Positions 21,501 to 30,442 of a DNA stretch of 64,000 bases are shown here, piece after piece (position 1 is the stretch's first letter; each line of letters opens with the position of its first letter). The stretch spans positions 31,102 to 95,101 of the forward strand of contig CAYFJI010000001.1 of NCBI GenBank assembly GCA_964343365.1, in the 5' to 3' direction. A program made the position numbers and the translations under genes. Source of the stretch: an uncultured Acidiferrobacteraceae bacterium (lineage in GTDB: Bacteria; Pseudomonadota; Gammaproteobacteria; Arenicellales; UBA868). The notes beneath the pieces are model-generated. The model was not told the DNA's origin. It was given only the letters and a program-made list of their open reading frames with translations, and made no database searches.

Positions 21501-21756
21501 AGAAGGAATGTGCAGAATTTTAAGATTTTTCCCACGTACGTCTTGGGTGTATGCTAAATCCCGAATTGATCCTTTAGCTTCAGCAAAAGCGGAGTGGTAT
21601 GGATCAACAAAATACCCAGGAGAACAAAAAGATAATTATTTTTCTCTTGCTTTTCGCGATAATCTAGATTCAGCTCTTAATGAAGAATTCGAATCAGTAG
21701 CAAAGAGAATATTTGTTCCTCTAATAGAGGATTTCGTTAAAGAGGACAACAATTGA
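18562..21756 (+). CDS. recC: Exodeoxyribonuclease V gamma subunit
   Basis: ~1064 aa. The N-terminus MLHLRIGNQLEQL...DPEPVIVPGMAVARWL is collinear with E. coli RecC (MLRVYHSNRLDVL...). The stop overlaps the recB start (TTGA). The listed ORF starts 12 nt earlier, at a TTG. Confidence 0.9.
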   Translation: MLHLRIGNQLEQLSNRLIVDLGRPAKSVFDPEPVIVPGMAVARWLSLRMAQQTGISANIFWQLPADLVWFLFQKILKNVPKTNGFTSDALVWRIYDAFSDIQFISKHESLRNYLEEGDPIKRWQLSEKIGQLFEQYLIYRPDWIFEWERKSINHWQAELWVYLIDKGVAEHWLILQNKMLQLLDTDESILVTLPERINIFAVPTLSTVYLNMLQVLSRHIDVVVYHNNFTKIHWVWTKSIFDSNDHEKQLISNSELFKDEQETNALLFAMGRQCSEQMNLLIELDSLVEEEFIMPSVTGLLGCIQKDVFIARIPIKNSKFEVNESDKSLQIHICHGIMREVEVLHDQILDVLQTNKDLSPSDILVLAPDIEVYAPYISSIFGSASGDCRVPWHLKNSVSIHGGSLIDTFFLLLDLPFHRFEIDKIGEILEGNSLRSRFKISDIDKEKILSWIKDIGIYWEFDQHEIDELNSLILHKYTWKAGIDRLLLSYAYGKDVTSLPEFSSAIEFDQEEAATIGCLKTIIDKLLCLRQDLKNPRRLNDWVDLSNKIIEEFFEIDNEIDDIILLRKSLEEFLKISTAGHSLTDMSLVVFREALRKNIKKQPATQQVTGAVMFASLSQGNIVPAQVIYILGLNQDSFPRRENRYIFDLIKMYPRVGDKRLRDEDGHAFFEAILSARHRLYLSYVGRDATDETEYLPSALLSALIDYIDEICKKNNGVSGSTAITTNHPLHPFSFDYYNKFAKNIFSYSNNFMPPMKADPLPIRPLLRESLPPISDEYISLERLNRFFLNPSRMLIKDRLGIHLERPKDVASIFEPIAFARSTRRRVTDFVVNARLHDESYECVFNRLKISGKMPVGISAELLLDDVWLETTSLVSKLRPFISECFTKNKKIEINVDGMQLNDVIPDFGDNGLIRYTVTDSNEAFFPIKLIEFWILHLAANSISEGPSIATRIFTPKKNFSLRPTVHSLELLKDLVLLYREGMCRILRFFPRTSWVYAKSRIDPLASAKAEWYGSTKYPGEQKDNYFSLAFRDNLDSALNEEFESVAKRIFVPLIEDFVKEDNN

Positions 21757-24700
21757 CTTTAAGTCCTTTTGATATTTCGACAGTACAGCTTGAAGGGATG
21801 ATCTTAATTGAAGCATCGGCTGGCACTGGTAAGACCTATGCTATAACTTCACTCTACATTCGATTACTTCTAGAACGTAAATTATCAGTCAAAAATATTC
21901 TAGTAGTGACCTATACTCGGGCTGCCACCAATGATTTACGAAAACGAATTCGCCAAAAAATAAAAAGCACTGTTCGAGAGTTAGAGGATGAATCAAATAT
22001 ATCAGATAGTTGGTTGAATATATTTTTATGCGATTCTCTTGATATTGATCAAGCACGGAGAAATTTACGAAGAGCTTTGTTGGAATTTGACCAGGCTGCA
22101 ATTTTTACGATGCACGGTTTTTGTCAGCAAGTTTTGTCCGATACTGCTTTTGAAACTAGGCAATCGTTTTTTACTGAAATTATACCGGACGAAACTAAAT
22201 TACTCGATGAAGTGGTTAATGATTATTGGAGAAAGGAGATTTATTCAGCGTCGAGACTGTGGGTTAGTTGGTTGCAAAACAAAAAAATAGTAAAACCAAT
22301 TGATTTACAAAAAATTGTAAGGAATATACTAGGCAAGCCTTATGTTGAATTTGTGACCATTAATAACAAAAAAAATGAACAATATTTTGATCAAGGTAAA
22401 CAGAAAAACTTGGAGCAGCTTGAAGAAAGAGTGAATCTGATTTTTCAAAAACTTGCTTTAGTTTGGCAAGATTCGAAGGAAGTGATAGCTGAGATGCTTA
22501 TATCTGATCAAAACTTAAATCGAGTGAGGTATCCGAAGAGTAGCATTCCTCGATGGATCGAGGACATTGATCTTTTAGTAGTGAATAGAAGAATCAATTA
22601 TAACTTCTGGAAAAAATTAGGTTTTTTCCATAAATTTTGCTCATCGTTTCTGGTGAGTGGTAAGGCTACCAGAGAAGGAGGTAATCCACCGACACATGTA
22701 TTTTTTGATGTATGTGATGAGCTGACTGAAACGTTGGCGAAGCTAGAGTCGGTTTATCAGGAAAATTTTATAATTTGGAAAGCCAATCTGCTTGATTTTG
22801 TGAATCAAACCATCTCGAAACGAAAAATTAAACTACAGCTTAAATCCTATGATGATTTGTTACTCGACCTACAGTATGCCCTTCAAGGCCAAGGTGGAGC
22901 ACAACTAATAAAAAGACTTCAGCGAGATTATCTGGCTATTTTGATTGATGAGTTTCAAGATACTGATCCAGTTCAGTTGGACATATTTCGTTCGATTCAT
23001 TACAAATCTAAAAACCCCTTTTTTATGGTTGGCGATCCGAAGCAAGCAATATATTCGTTTCGTGGCGCTGATATTTTTTCTTATTTAACAGCCCACCAGA
23101 TCGTAGATGCCAAATACACTCTTTTGGAAAATTATAGATCTGTCCCTGGCTTGGTAAATGCAGTTAATTCACTTTTTACCAAGATAGATAAGATTGATTC
23201 CTTTTTTTTTAAAGAAATCACGTTTTCTGAAGTGTCTTCGATGGGGACTATTCCAGAATACAGCATTAATGAAAAGATGTATCCGCCAATGGTAATTTGG
23301 CCAATCAGAGGAAAAGAGAAACAGAAAAATTTGTCTAAAGAGCAGGCTAGGAATGATTGCGCGGAAGCTGTAAGTGCAGAGGTAGTAAGAATATTAAGCA
23401 GTGACGCAACTTTAGGTGGCAGAGCGGTGCGACCAGATGATATCGCAATATTGGTTCGAACCCACTACGAAGGTGAGCTAATTGAAAAAACATTGGAAAG
23501 GGTTGGAATACCGAACATGCGAAATCTTCAAAAAAGTGTTTATCAGACTGATGAGGTAATAGAATTACAAAGTGTCCTTATGGCTATAGAAAAGCCTAGA
23601 AATCTGAGCTTGATGAAGGCCGCATTGTTAACAAGTTTTTATGATTACGATGTGCAGGATATCTCCAATTGGTCTGAGGTGGATCAGCTTTTACATACAG
23701 TGACAGATGAATTCCAGCACTATCGGGAGACCTGGAGCAAAAATGGTCTAATGCGAATGTTCCGCGAATTTGCTACTAAAAACAATACTTTTCAGCGGTT
23801 GCTATCTCGAAAAAACGGTGATCGCAAGTTGACCAATATATTTCATCTTGTCGAACTGATTGAGGCCCATTTTGGCACAAAGCATGATCTCGGTTCGGTA
23901 ATCAGATGGTTGTCAAAACAATCAAAAGATTCAACAACACAGGGAAAAGAAACGCTCATTCGTTTAGAGAGTGACTGCGCGCGAGTCAAGATCATGACAC
24001 TCCATAGCAGTAAGGGTTTGCAATTCCCAATAGTTTTTCTTCCATTTTCATGGGAAGGAGAATTTCAGCATTCTCATTTCGATACTGTCTTATTTCATGA
24101 TACTGAAAGATCGAATTTGTTAACGGTAGATTTTGGATCACAGAGGGAGAATTTTGAAAAAAATAGATTACGCTCTATTGAAGAACAATTAGCTGAGAAT
24201 TTAAGATTGTTATATGTAGGGCTTACGCGAGCTGAAAGTCGATGTTATTTTACTTGGGGTCCAGTCAAAGGCGCTGATACCTCTGCTTTGGCATGGCTTT
24301 TGCATCGCCCTAAAGGAATGGAGATCGACGGAGGCAGAATCAATAAACTTAAACAACAGTTTCCAAAGTTGATTGAAGAAGATTATTTAGACAATTTAAA
24401 TAGTTTTGCGCAGCAAGCGCCAAAATCGATCATAGTAGAAAAAATGCCAATTTTAACTAAGGGACTAGTTTACGATAAGTGCTCCATTCCAGAATTTTCT
24501 GCGCGTACAATTGATAGAGAAGTTGGAAAAGCGTGGTCACTTACTAGTTTTAGCGGCTTAACAGCTGGTCGGGATGCAAATGCTCCAGATTATGATACAA
24601 CAGGTAAATTATTCTCGGGGTCAGATAAGGACACTGATGGCAGAAAAGACATTTTTTCATTTCCAAAGGGCAGGCGTTCTGGTACTTGCATTCATAAAAT

Positions 24701-25388
24701 ATTCGAAGAAATAGATTTTTCAGAAAGAAATACAGAAGCCAGAAAGGTCAAAGTTGAGGCCGCGTTACGATTTTACGGATTTAAACCAATTTGGCTGGAA
24801 GTGATAAACAATATGCTCCTAAGAGTCTTGGAAACACCTCTTGATTCATCTGGCTCAATGGTTTTAAAAAAAATAGATCAGTCACATCGCATTGATGAGA
24901 TGGCGTTTTTTTTCCCTATAACAGAATTTCGATCGACCCATCTTATTACGATATTGAATAAACACGGATTTTTCAAAAATACGAAATTATCAGATTCGAT
25001 AAAGGAAATTAGCTTTGATCCTATTCCAGGTTTTATGAACGGTTATATTGATCTCATATTTAAAAGCAGAGGGAAATTCTGGATTGTCGACTATAAATCA
25101 AATTATTTAGGTGATGAATTGGACAGTTATCGTCTGGAAAGATTGAATTCTGTAATGATTGAAGAGCAATATTTTTTGCAGTATTTAATTTATGTATTAG
25201 CTCTGCATCGATTTTTATCTCAGAAGTTGAGTGATTACCAATATGGAAAACATTTCGGCGGCGTGTATTATCTTTTTGTTAGAGGTATTGATCCAAATTA
25301 TCCAGGAAACGGAGTATTTTTTGATCGGCCATCAGAGGCCTTGATCGAGGATTTAGATAATCTTATAGGTGGCAAATTATTTTCATGA
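21753..25388 (+). CDS. recB: Exodeoxyribonuclease V beta subunit (helicase-nuclease)
   Basis: SF1 motifs ASAGTGKT and DEFQDTD, plus a C-terminal PD-(D/E)xK nuclease (IDLIFK...IVDYKSN). TTG start is inferred; the stop overlaps the recD ATG (ATGA). Confidence 0.93.
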   Translation: MTLSPFDISTVQLEGMILIEASAGTGKTYAITSLYIRLLLERKLSVKNILVVTYTRAATNDLRKRIRQKIKSTVRELEDESNISDSWLNIFLCDSLDIDQARRNLRRALLEFDQAAIFTMHGFCQQVLSDTAFETRQSFFTEIIPDETKLLDEVVNDYWRKEIYSASRLWVSWLQNKKIVKPIDLQKIVRNILGKPYVEFVTINNKKNEQYFDQGKQKNLEQLEERVNLIFQKLALVWQDSKEVIAEMLISDQNLNRVRYPKSSIPRWIEDIDLLVVNRRINYNFWKKLGFFHKFCSSFLVSGKATREGGNPPTHVFFDVCDELTETLAKLESVYQENFIIWKANLLDFVNQTISKRKIKLQLKSYDDLLLDLQYALQGQGGAQLIKRLQRDYLAILIDEFQDTDPVQLDIFRSIHYKSKNPFFMVGDPKQAIYSFRGADIFSYLTAHQIVDAKYTLLENYRSVPGLVNAVNSLFTKIDKIDSFFFKEITFSEVSSMGTIPEYSINEKMYPPMVIWPIRGKEKQKNLSKEQARNDCAEAVSAEVVRILSSDATLGGRAVRPDDIAILVRTHYEGELIEKTLERVGIPNMRNLQKSVYQTDEVIELQSVLMAIEKPRNLSLMKAALLTSFYDYDVQDISNWSEVDQLLHTVTDEFQHYRETWSKNGLMRMFREFATKNNTFQRLLSRKNGDRKLTNIFHLVELIEAHFGTKHDLGSVIRWLSKQSKDSTTQGKETLIRLESDCARVKIMTLHSSKGLQFPIVFLPFSWEGEFQHSHFDTVLFHDTERSNLLTVDFGSQRENFEKNRLRSIEEQLAENLRLLYVGLTRAESRCYFTWGPVKGADTSALAWLLHRPKGMEIDGGRINKLKQQFPKLIEEDYLDNLNSFAQQAPKSIIVEKMPILTKGLVYDKCSIPEFSARTIDREVGKAWSLTSFSGLTAGRDANAPDYDTTGKLFSGSDKDTDGRKDIFSFPKGRRSGTCIHKIFEEIDFSERNTEARKVKVEAALRFYGFKPIWLEVINNMLLRVLETPLDSSGSMVLKKIDQSHRIDEMAFFFPITEFRSTHLITILNKHGFFKNTKLSDSIKEISFDPIPGFMNGYIDLIFKSRGKFWIVDYKSNYLGDELDSYRLERLNSVMIEEQYFLQYLIYVLALHRFLSQKLSDYQYGKHFGGVYYLFVRGIDPNYPGNGVFFDRPSEALIEDLDNLIGGKLFS

Positions 25389-27133
25389 TGGAGCAAATCA
25401 ATATGGCGTGGAATCAGGGCTTACTTAGCGATATTGCCTTTCATTTTTGTGGGCTAATATCGCGTCTAGAACCAAATTCCAATCACGAATTAGTGCTTGC
25501 AGCTGCCTTAGTTACAGAAAATTCTGTGTTAGGAAAAACATGTCTTGATCTAAACAAGGTCGCAGATACTCTGATTTTTGGAGAGGTTAAGCATGCCTCG
25601 TTTGTAGCCCCTACTATTAATCACTGGCTCGCGGCGTTACGTCAGTCGAGCCTGGTTGGAACTTATGAGATGGAGCGCCCTCTGGTATTGGAAGACGATA
25701 ACCGACTCTATTTGTATCGTTATAGACATTTAGAAAAAAGGTTGGCTGCTAGTATAAAAATTAGATGTGAAATGGCAGATTTTCCAATTGAAGTTAATAA
25801 AATAGAACATGTCCTATCAAAAATATTTCCTAGTCTCGAGGATAATTCAGCGCAGAGGAAGGCTGCGGCTTATGCTATTCGTAAGCCCTTAACTATCATC
25901 AGTGGTCGCCCAGGTACTGGCAAGACTTCTACGGTGGTATATATTTTGGCGTTGTTAAAAGCTCTGGAGTTGGTAGAACCAGGTCGAATAGCACTTTCCG
26001 CTCCGACAGGGAAGGCTGCAATACGGTTGCGAGAATCAGTGCGCAGAGTTTCTAGGAATATTTTGGGTGAAGGTGATTGGATGTCGATAGAGGCTATGAC
26101 TTTACATCGTTTACTCGGCCATCAACGCAATAGCGCCCGTCCTTTTTATGGCAGCCATAGACCAGCTCCCTTTGATGTTGTTGTGATTGATGAGGCTTCG
26201 ATGGGTGGCCTATCGTTGATGACCCATTTGTTTGAATCTCTTATGCCGACGTGTCGTCTAATTCTTTTGGGCGATCATAACCAGTTGTCTTCAGTAGATG
26301 TTGGAACTGTATTTAAAGACATATGTGATGCTGCGCAGTTCAAACCGTTATCAGATTCTCTAATTGAATTAAAGAAAAGTTGGAGATTTTCGAAGGGAAG
26401 CCATATAGGGCGTTTTGCTACTGCAGTGACTAATTCTGATACTAAATCTATCCTTAAAATACTTGGTGATGATATGCAATCTGAAGTCATCTTTAGGGAG
26501 TACAAATCACTGGAGCAGCTAGGAAAAATGATTGAACAACAATGTTTGGATAGCTTTTCGGATCGTATAGATATGGCTATCCGCTGTACCTCGCCACCTG
26601 AGATGTTTGAAGCGTTTTCAAAAATTCAATTGTTGGGTGTTCAAAAAAGAGGAATTGGTGGTGTCGATTCACTGAACCAAATTGTGACGAGACAGCTATT
26701 TCTTAGGGGTTTAATACCAAAAAATGAATCGTTCTATCCAGGTCAGCCCATCTTGATTACACAGAATAATTATGACCTAGGATTATTTAATGGCGATATC
26801 GGAGTTGTGTTAAAGGATGCGAACAACGGATTTTTGCAGACGATTTTTCGGGGTACCGATACCAGTTGGTTTCCTATAAAAAACCAATTACTTCCTCCGT
26901 ATGAACAAATGTATGCTATGACAGTGCATAAGGCGCAAGGTTCAGAATTTGAACGAGTTATAATTATATTGCCACTTGCCACATCTCCTATACTGTCTCG
27001 CGAGCTTCTCTATACTGCTATCACTAGAGCAACACGGCAGGTTGAAATTTGGGGTGCCAAGCCGCATCTGTATTCTGTTATAGATAATGATAGTGTCGAT
27101 AACACGAATTATCGGAATCATCTTTTTATTTAG
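25385..27133 (+). CDS. recD: Exodeoxyribonuclease V alpha subunit
   Basis: SF1B helicase motifs GRPGTGKTS, VIDEASM and TVHKAQGSEF, in the third position of the recCBD unit. Confidence 0.93.
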   Translation: MMEQINMAWNQGLLSDIAFHFCGLISRLEPNSNHELVLAAALVTENSVLGKTCLDLNKVADTLIFGEVKHASFVAPTINHWLAALRQSSLVGTYEMERPLVLEDDNRLYLYRYRHLEKRLAASIKIRCEMADFPIEVNKIEHVLSKIFPSLEDNSAQRKAAAYAIRKPLTIISGRPGTGKTSTVVYILALLKALELVEPGRIALSAPTGKAAIRLRESVRRVSRNILGEGDWMSIEAMTLHRLLGHQRNSARPFYGSHRPAPFDVVVIDEASMGGLSLMTHLFESLMPTCRLILLGDHNQLSSVDVGTVFKDICDAAQFKPLSDSLIELKKSWRFSKGSHIGRFATAVTNSDTKSILKILGDDMQSEVIFREYKSLEQLGKMIEQQCLDSFSDRIDMAIRCTSPPEMFEAFSKIQLLGVQKRGIGGVDSLNQIVTRQLFLRGLIPKNESFYPGQPILITQNNYDLGLFNGDIGVVLKDANNGFLQTIFRGTDTSWFPIKNQLLPPYEQMYAMTVHKAQGSEFERVIIILPLATSPILSRELLYTAITRATRQVEIWGAKPHLYSVIDNDSVDNTNYRNHLFI

Positions 27134-28080
27134 TTTTTATTTATTGGGTATCCCATTTTTTCAAGTTCTAGCTGAGGGTGGGATGCAGCGAGAAGAGCAT
27201 TAGATTCAGAAAAATGCTTTTTCGAAAAGTCTAAAATAATTGATGGTATAGATTGTTCATTAGTTTTGGTATGTAATTTATTAAGGCGTCTATCTATTGC
27301 TTTAAATATTCTCCAGCTCTCGGTCGAGATGATACCACCTGGATTCAGTCGAGATTTTCGGTATCTGTTCAGAATTCGGGCAAGTCCTAAAAACCGTTGC
27401 GATATTCCAACATTGATCTTAAGTTCCAAGTCAGATTCTCCCAACCCATGTAAATCCAGGGATTGATAATTACGATTAGATGCAAAATTGAGTATATCTA
27501 AAACTATCTTTGAAGCTTGATCTAGCAATTTTTCATGACAAGCTAGGTGAACATTTTCGGCGCCAAAAACATCCTCATAATATTTAACTAGATAATAGTA
27601 GTTTAGGCGATCAGTTAGCAATTTTTGTTGACTAACTCCCTCCTTTTTCAAAAAACCTGAAAGATGGTTCGTTCCTCCTAGCTGAAGATATTCTTTGTAT
27701 AAAGCCAGAATCATGCTAGGTTGATTTCGAGTAATAATAATTATTTTTGCATCGGGATCCAAATCTTTCAGCCGATGGCAATACTCTTTTGTTGATACAG
27801 TGTACGGATAAAGTAGATCGCCAGTTAACAGCTCTTCCGACAATACAAGGGTATCAAGGTTGCCCGGTGATTTGAGCTGTAACTCATTGAAGGAGCGATT
27901 AGCATGAGCATAAGAATATGTAAGTTCCCCGATTGTAATGATTTCATTCATAAAATCATACGTTTCTTCGGGATTGGAATGCCGAGGAAAGAATATTGAA
28001 TTAGCTTTAGGGAAAATCGAATTTTGCAGGAAAGTACTACCGGTCTTCATGAAACCAATATGAAATACAGACTTCAACAT
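27130..28080 (-). CDS. Sulfotransferase-family-like protein
   Basis: An N-terminal P-loop-like 5'-PSB motif (FHIGFMKTGSTFL) and a later ITRNQPSMILALY segment resembling the 3'-phosphate-binding RxP...S.Y motif. Assignment is by motif only. Its stop codon overlaps the recD stop. Confidence 0.45.
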   Translation of the reverse strand: MLKSVFHIGFMKTGSTFLQNSIFPKANSIFFPRHSNPEETYDFMNEIITIGELTYSYAHANRSFNELQLKSPGNLDTLVLSEELLTGDLLYPYTVSTKEYCHRLKDLDPDAKIIIITRNQPSMILALYKEYLQLGGTNHLSGFLKKEGVSQQKLLTDRLNYYYLVKYYEDVFGAENVHLACHEKLLDQASKIVLDILNFASNRNYQSLDLHGLGESDLELKINVGISQRFLGLARILNRYRKSRLNPGGIISTESWRIFKAIDRRLNKLHTKTNEQSIPSIILDFSKKHFSESNALLAASHPQLELEKMGYPINKN

Positions 28081-28233
28081 ATTGTGTATTGCTGGTCTTT
28101 ATTGATAGCATTCTCTGACCGGGCATTGCTAATTAACGATAATAAATTTGGAAGAGATTTTTTGTTCAAATGCATATCTAAACGAATGTGGTTGCAATGA
28201 GTACGACTATAGAGCGCAAATTTAAGGATTTTT

Positions 28234-29346
28234 TCATGACATTTCAGTTATTAAATGTTGAACTTGTTCGCCTATGGCAAGACTGGCAGATAGCGAGGGA
28301 GAGGATAAACCAAGAAGATCGATCCAACTATTGGTTGTGTCTTTCTCAATTATTAAATCTCTGGAAGAATTCCCAGTCTGCTCAAGTTTTGGTGAAATTC
28401 CCGCAAAATATGGTTGTAAATCTTCCCTTTGAATTGTTGGAAGAAAATTTCTCACTGAAGAAAAAACAAGATCGACAGTGTTTTCTGCTACAGACCAATC
28501 ATTAGGTTTAGTTAGATATGAACAAACTGGGCCAAACTGAGTAATGCCATCCAACCTAGGAATGCAGTCTACTCGTGGCTCTGGAAACCCGGGGACAGTT
28601 GCGTTTATCACAATGTGTTTAAACAAGTTTTTTTTTGTGCTACAGGCAAAAGAGCCCTTCTCCCAGAATATCTTTGGTTGTTGTTTATGGGGGAAAATTT
28701 GATTTCTTAAATTTAAAGCCGATAGCCCAGCAGCGTTCACTATATAGCGCACTTTGGGTTTATAGTCAGTTTGTGATTCAGTGATAATTTGCCAAAAATT
28801 ACCAGACCTAATCGCATTTGTAAATTTAGTGCTGTGCGCAACGATTACGTTTTTAGATTGCGCCACCTCTATCAATCTATGCGTAAATTCGATTCCGTCA
28901 AAAATTCCCGTAGATTTTGAAAATAAGGCAGCTTTTGCAACCACATTAGGAACCATTTTTCGAAAAAATTTTTGGTCATAGACAATAAGATCTTTTACTC
29001 CATTTTCTTGCCCGTTTTGAACCACCTTTTCTAATGCGGATAATTGATTTTCAGTATTGGCAATTATAAATTTTCCACACCTACGATGTGGCACATTGTA
29101 TTTTTTGACGAACTCCCACAATAATTTGTTACCTCGTACAGCTACTCGTGCTCTCATACTTCCCGGTGCATAATAGCAGCCACTATGAACCACCCCTGGG
29201 TTATGACCAGTGATTTTTGAGGCGAACGTTCGCTCTTTTTCTAGTACGATGATTGATAAGCCGTATTTTGAGAGCGTGTAAGCACAAGCCGCCCCAACGG
29301 CACCCCCTCCAATAATTGCTATATCAGCGTCTAATTTACTTTGCAT
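28234..29346 (-). CDS. FAD-dependent oxidoreductase, L-2-hydroxyglutarate oxidase (LhgO)/DAO family
   Basis: An N-terminal GxGxxG (IIGGGAVGAA) and TGHNPGVVHSGCYYAPGSMRA, collinear with LhgO ([21 protein letters not shown]). Confidence 0.7.
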   Translation of the reverse strand: MQSKLDADIAIIGGGAVGAACAYTLSKYGLSIIVLEKERTFASKITGHNPGVVHSGCYYAPGSMRARVAVRGNKLLWEFVKKYNVPHRRCGKFIIANTENQLSALEKVVQNGQENGVKDLIVYDQKFFRKMVPNVVAKAALFSKSTGIFDGIEFTHRLIEVAQSKNVIVAHSTKFTNAIRSGNFWQIITESQTDYKPKVRYIVNAAGLSALNLRNQIFPHKQQPKIFWEKGSFACSTKKNLFKHIVINATVPGFPEPRVDCIPRLDGITQFGPVCSYLTKPNDWSVAENTVDLVFSSVRNFLPTIQREDLQPYFAGISPKLEQTGNSSRDLIIEKDTTNSWIDLLGLSSPSLSASLAIGEQVQHLITEMS

Positions 29347-29348
29347 AT

Positions 29349-30428
29349 CTAATCATTAAATTGTAGTGCAATAAAGTTTTTATGAAACTGCTCCATGTGT
29401 TCTTGACTAGATCCGCTAACTGTGATTCCAGTATCAAAAGGTGGTAGCCAACCACTACGAATATGAATATTCCTTTTTTTTAGTTGTGTCTGAATTGAAT
29501 CTACAATAAAAGTTTCTCCAAGTTCAACGAAAAGGTAATTAGAAACATTGCCACCATAGACTATAAAACCTTTATCAAGAAGTTTTTGTTTTAGCCAGGT
29601 CAGAGATGTCTTAATAGTGCTAACGTAGTTATCCACTATTTCTGGGTTTTCCATGAAAAAACTTGCAATTTCACCATTGGTCGTGCTTACCTCATATCCT
29701 GAACGGTATTTTGAAATGCGTTCAATGATATGTTGCTGACTCATCATAAATCCAAATCTTATTCCAGCTAAACCGAAAGCTTTTGAAAAAGACCGCAACA
29801 CTATAATATTTTCAAACTCACCAATCAAATTTTTTGCTGTTGGAGCGCCGAACGAGAAGTAAACTTCATCTATGATAAGAAGTACACCTTTTTCAAGCAG
29901 GTGTTCAGCAAGATGTCTGACATAGCTAAGATCAAAGAAGTGCTCAACTGGCATGTCAGGATTGGCAACAAATACCGCAAACGTATTTGAATCAACTTTT
30001 TCAAAAAACTCTTCTTCGTTGATGGTATGGTCTCTTTTGTAGAGGATCTTTCGAGAGCCAATGTTGTATAAATTAGGATATATCGAATATAGAGCGAATG
30101 TAGGATAGGGTATAACCACATTTTTCCCGGGACTCCCGAAGGCCTCATAAACCATTTTGATGGCTCCTGAAACTCCCTCAGTAATAAAAAGGCAATTTCG
30201 GTCAAGCTCTACCCAATTTTCTAATTTAGAATAATATTTTTCTACGTCTGGATAGTGACTGAGCGAGCACTGCGCGATTTTTTCCAGAATTCCACGCTTG
30301 ACGTCTTCTGAAAAAGGGTATGCTCTTTCATTTCGATCAATGCATATGTCTTCAAAGATATTTCTGTCACAATTACCCCTCTTTCTTTTTATATCCACTA
30401 AGTCCCTAAGATTAGTATTTTTTTTCAA
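29349..30428 (-). CDS. PLP-dependent aminotransferase class I/II, HisC/CobD-like
   Basis: The SFSKAFGLAGIRFGF motif holds the PLP lysine in the HisC-family context. ~360 aa. Its stop lies 2 nt upstream of the flavoenzyme start. Confidence 0.7.
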   Translation of the reverse strand: MKKNTNLRDLVDIKRKRGNCDRNIFEDICIDRNERAYPFSEDVKRGILEKIAQCSLSHYPDVEKYYSKLENWVELDRNCLFITEGVSGAIKMVYEAFGSPGKNVVIPYPTFALYSIYPNLYNIGSRKILYKRDHTINEEEFFEKVDSNTFAVFVANPDMPVEHFFDLSYVRHLAEHLLEKGVLLIIDEVYFSFGAPTAKNLIGEFENIIVLRSFSKAFGLAGIRFGFMMSQQHIIERISKYRSGYEVSTTNGEIASFFMENPEIVDNYVSTIKTSLTWLKQKLLDKGFIVYGGNVSNYLFVELGETFIVDSIQTQLKKRNIHIRSGWLPPFDTGITVSGSSQEHMEQFHKNFIALQFND

Positions 30429-30442
30429 AAACGAATCCCTAT

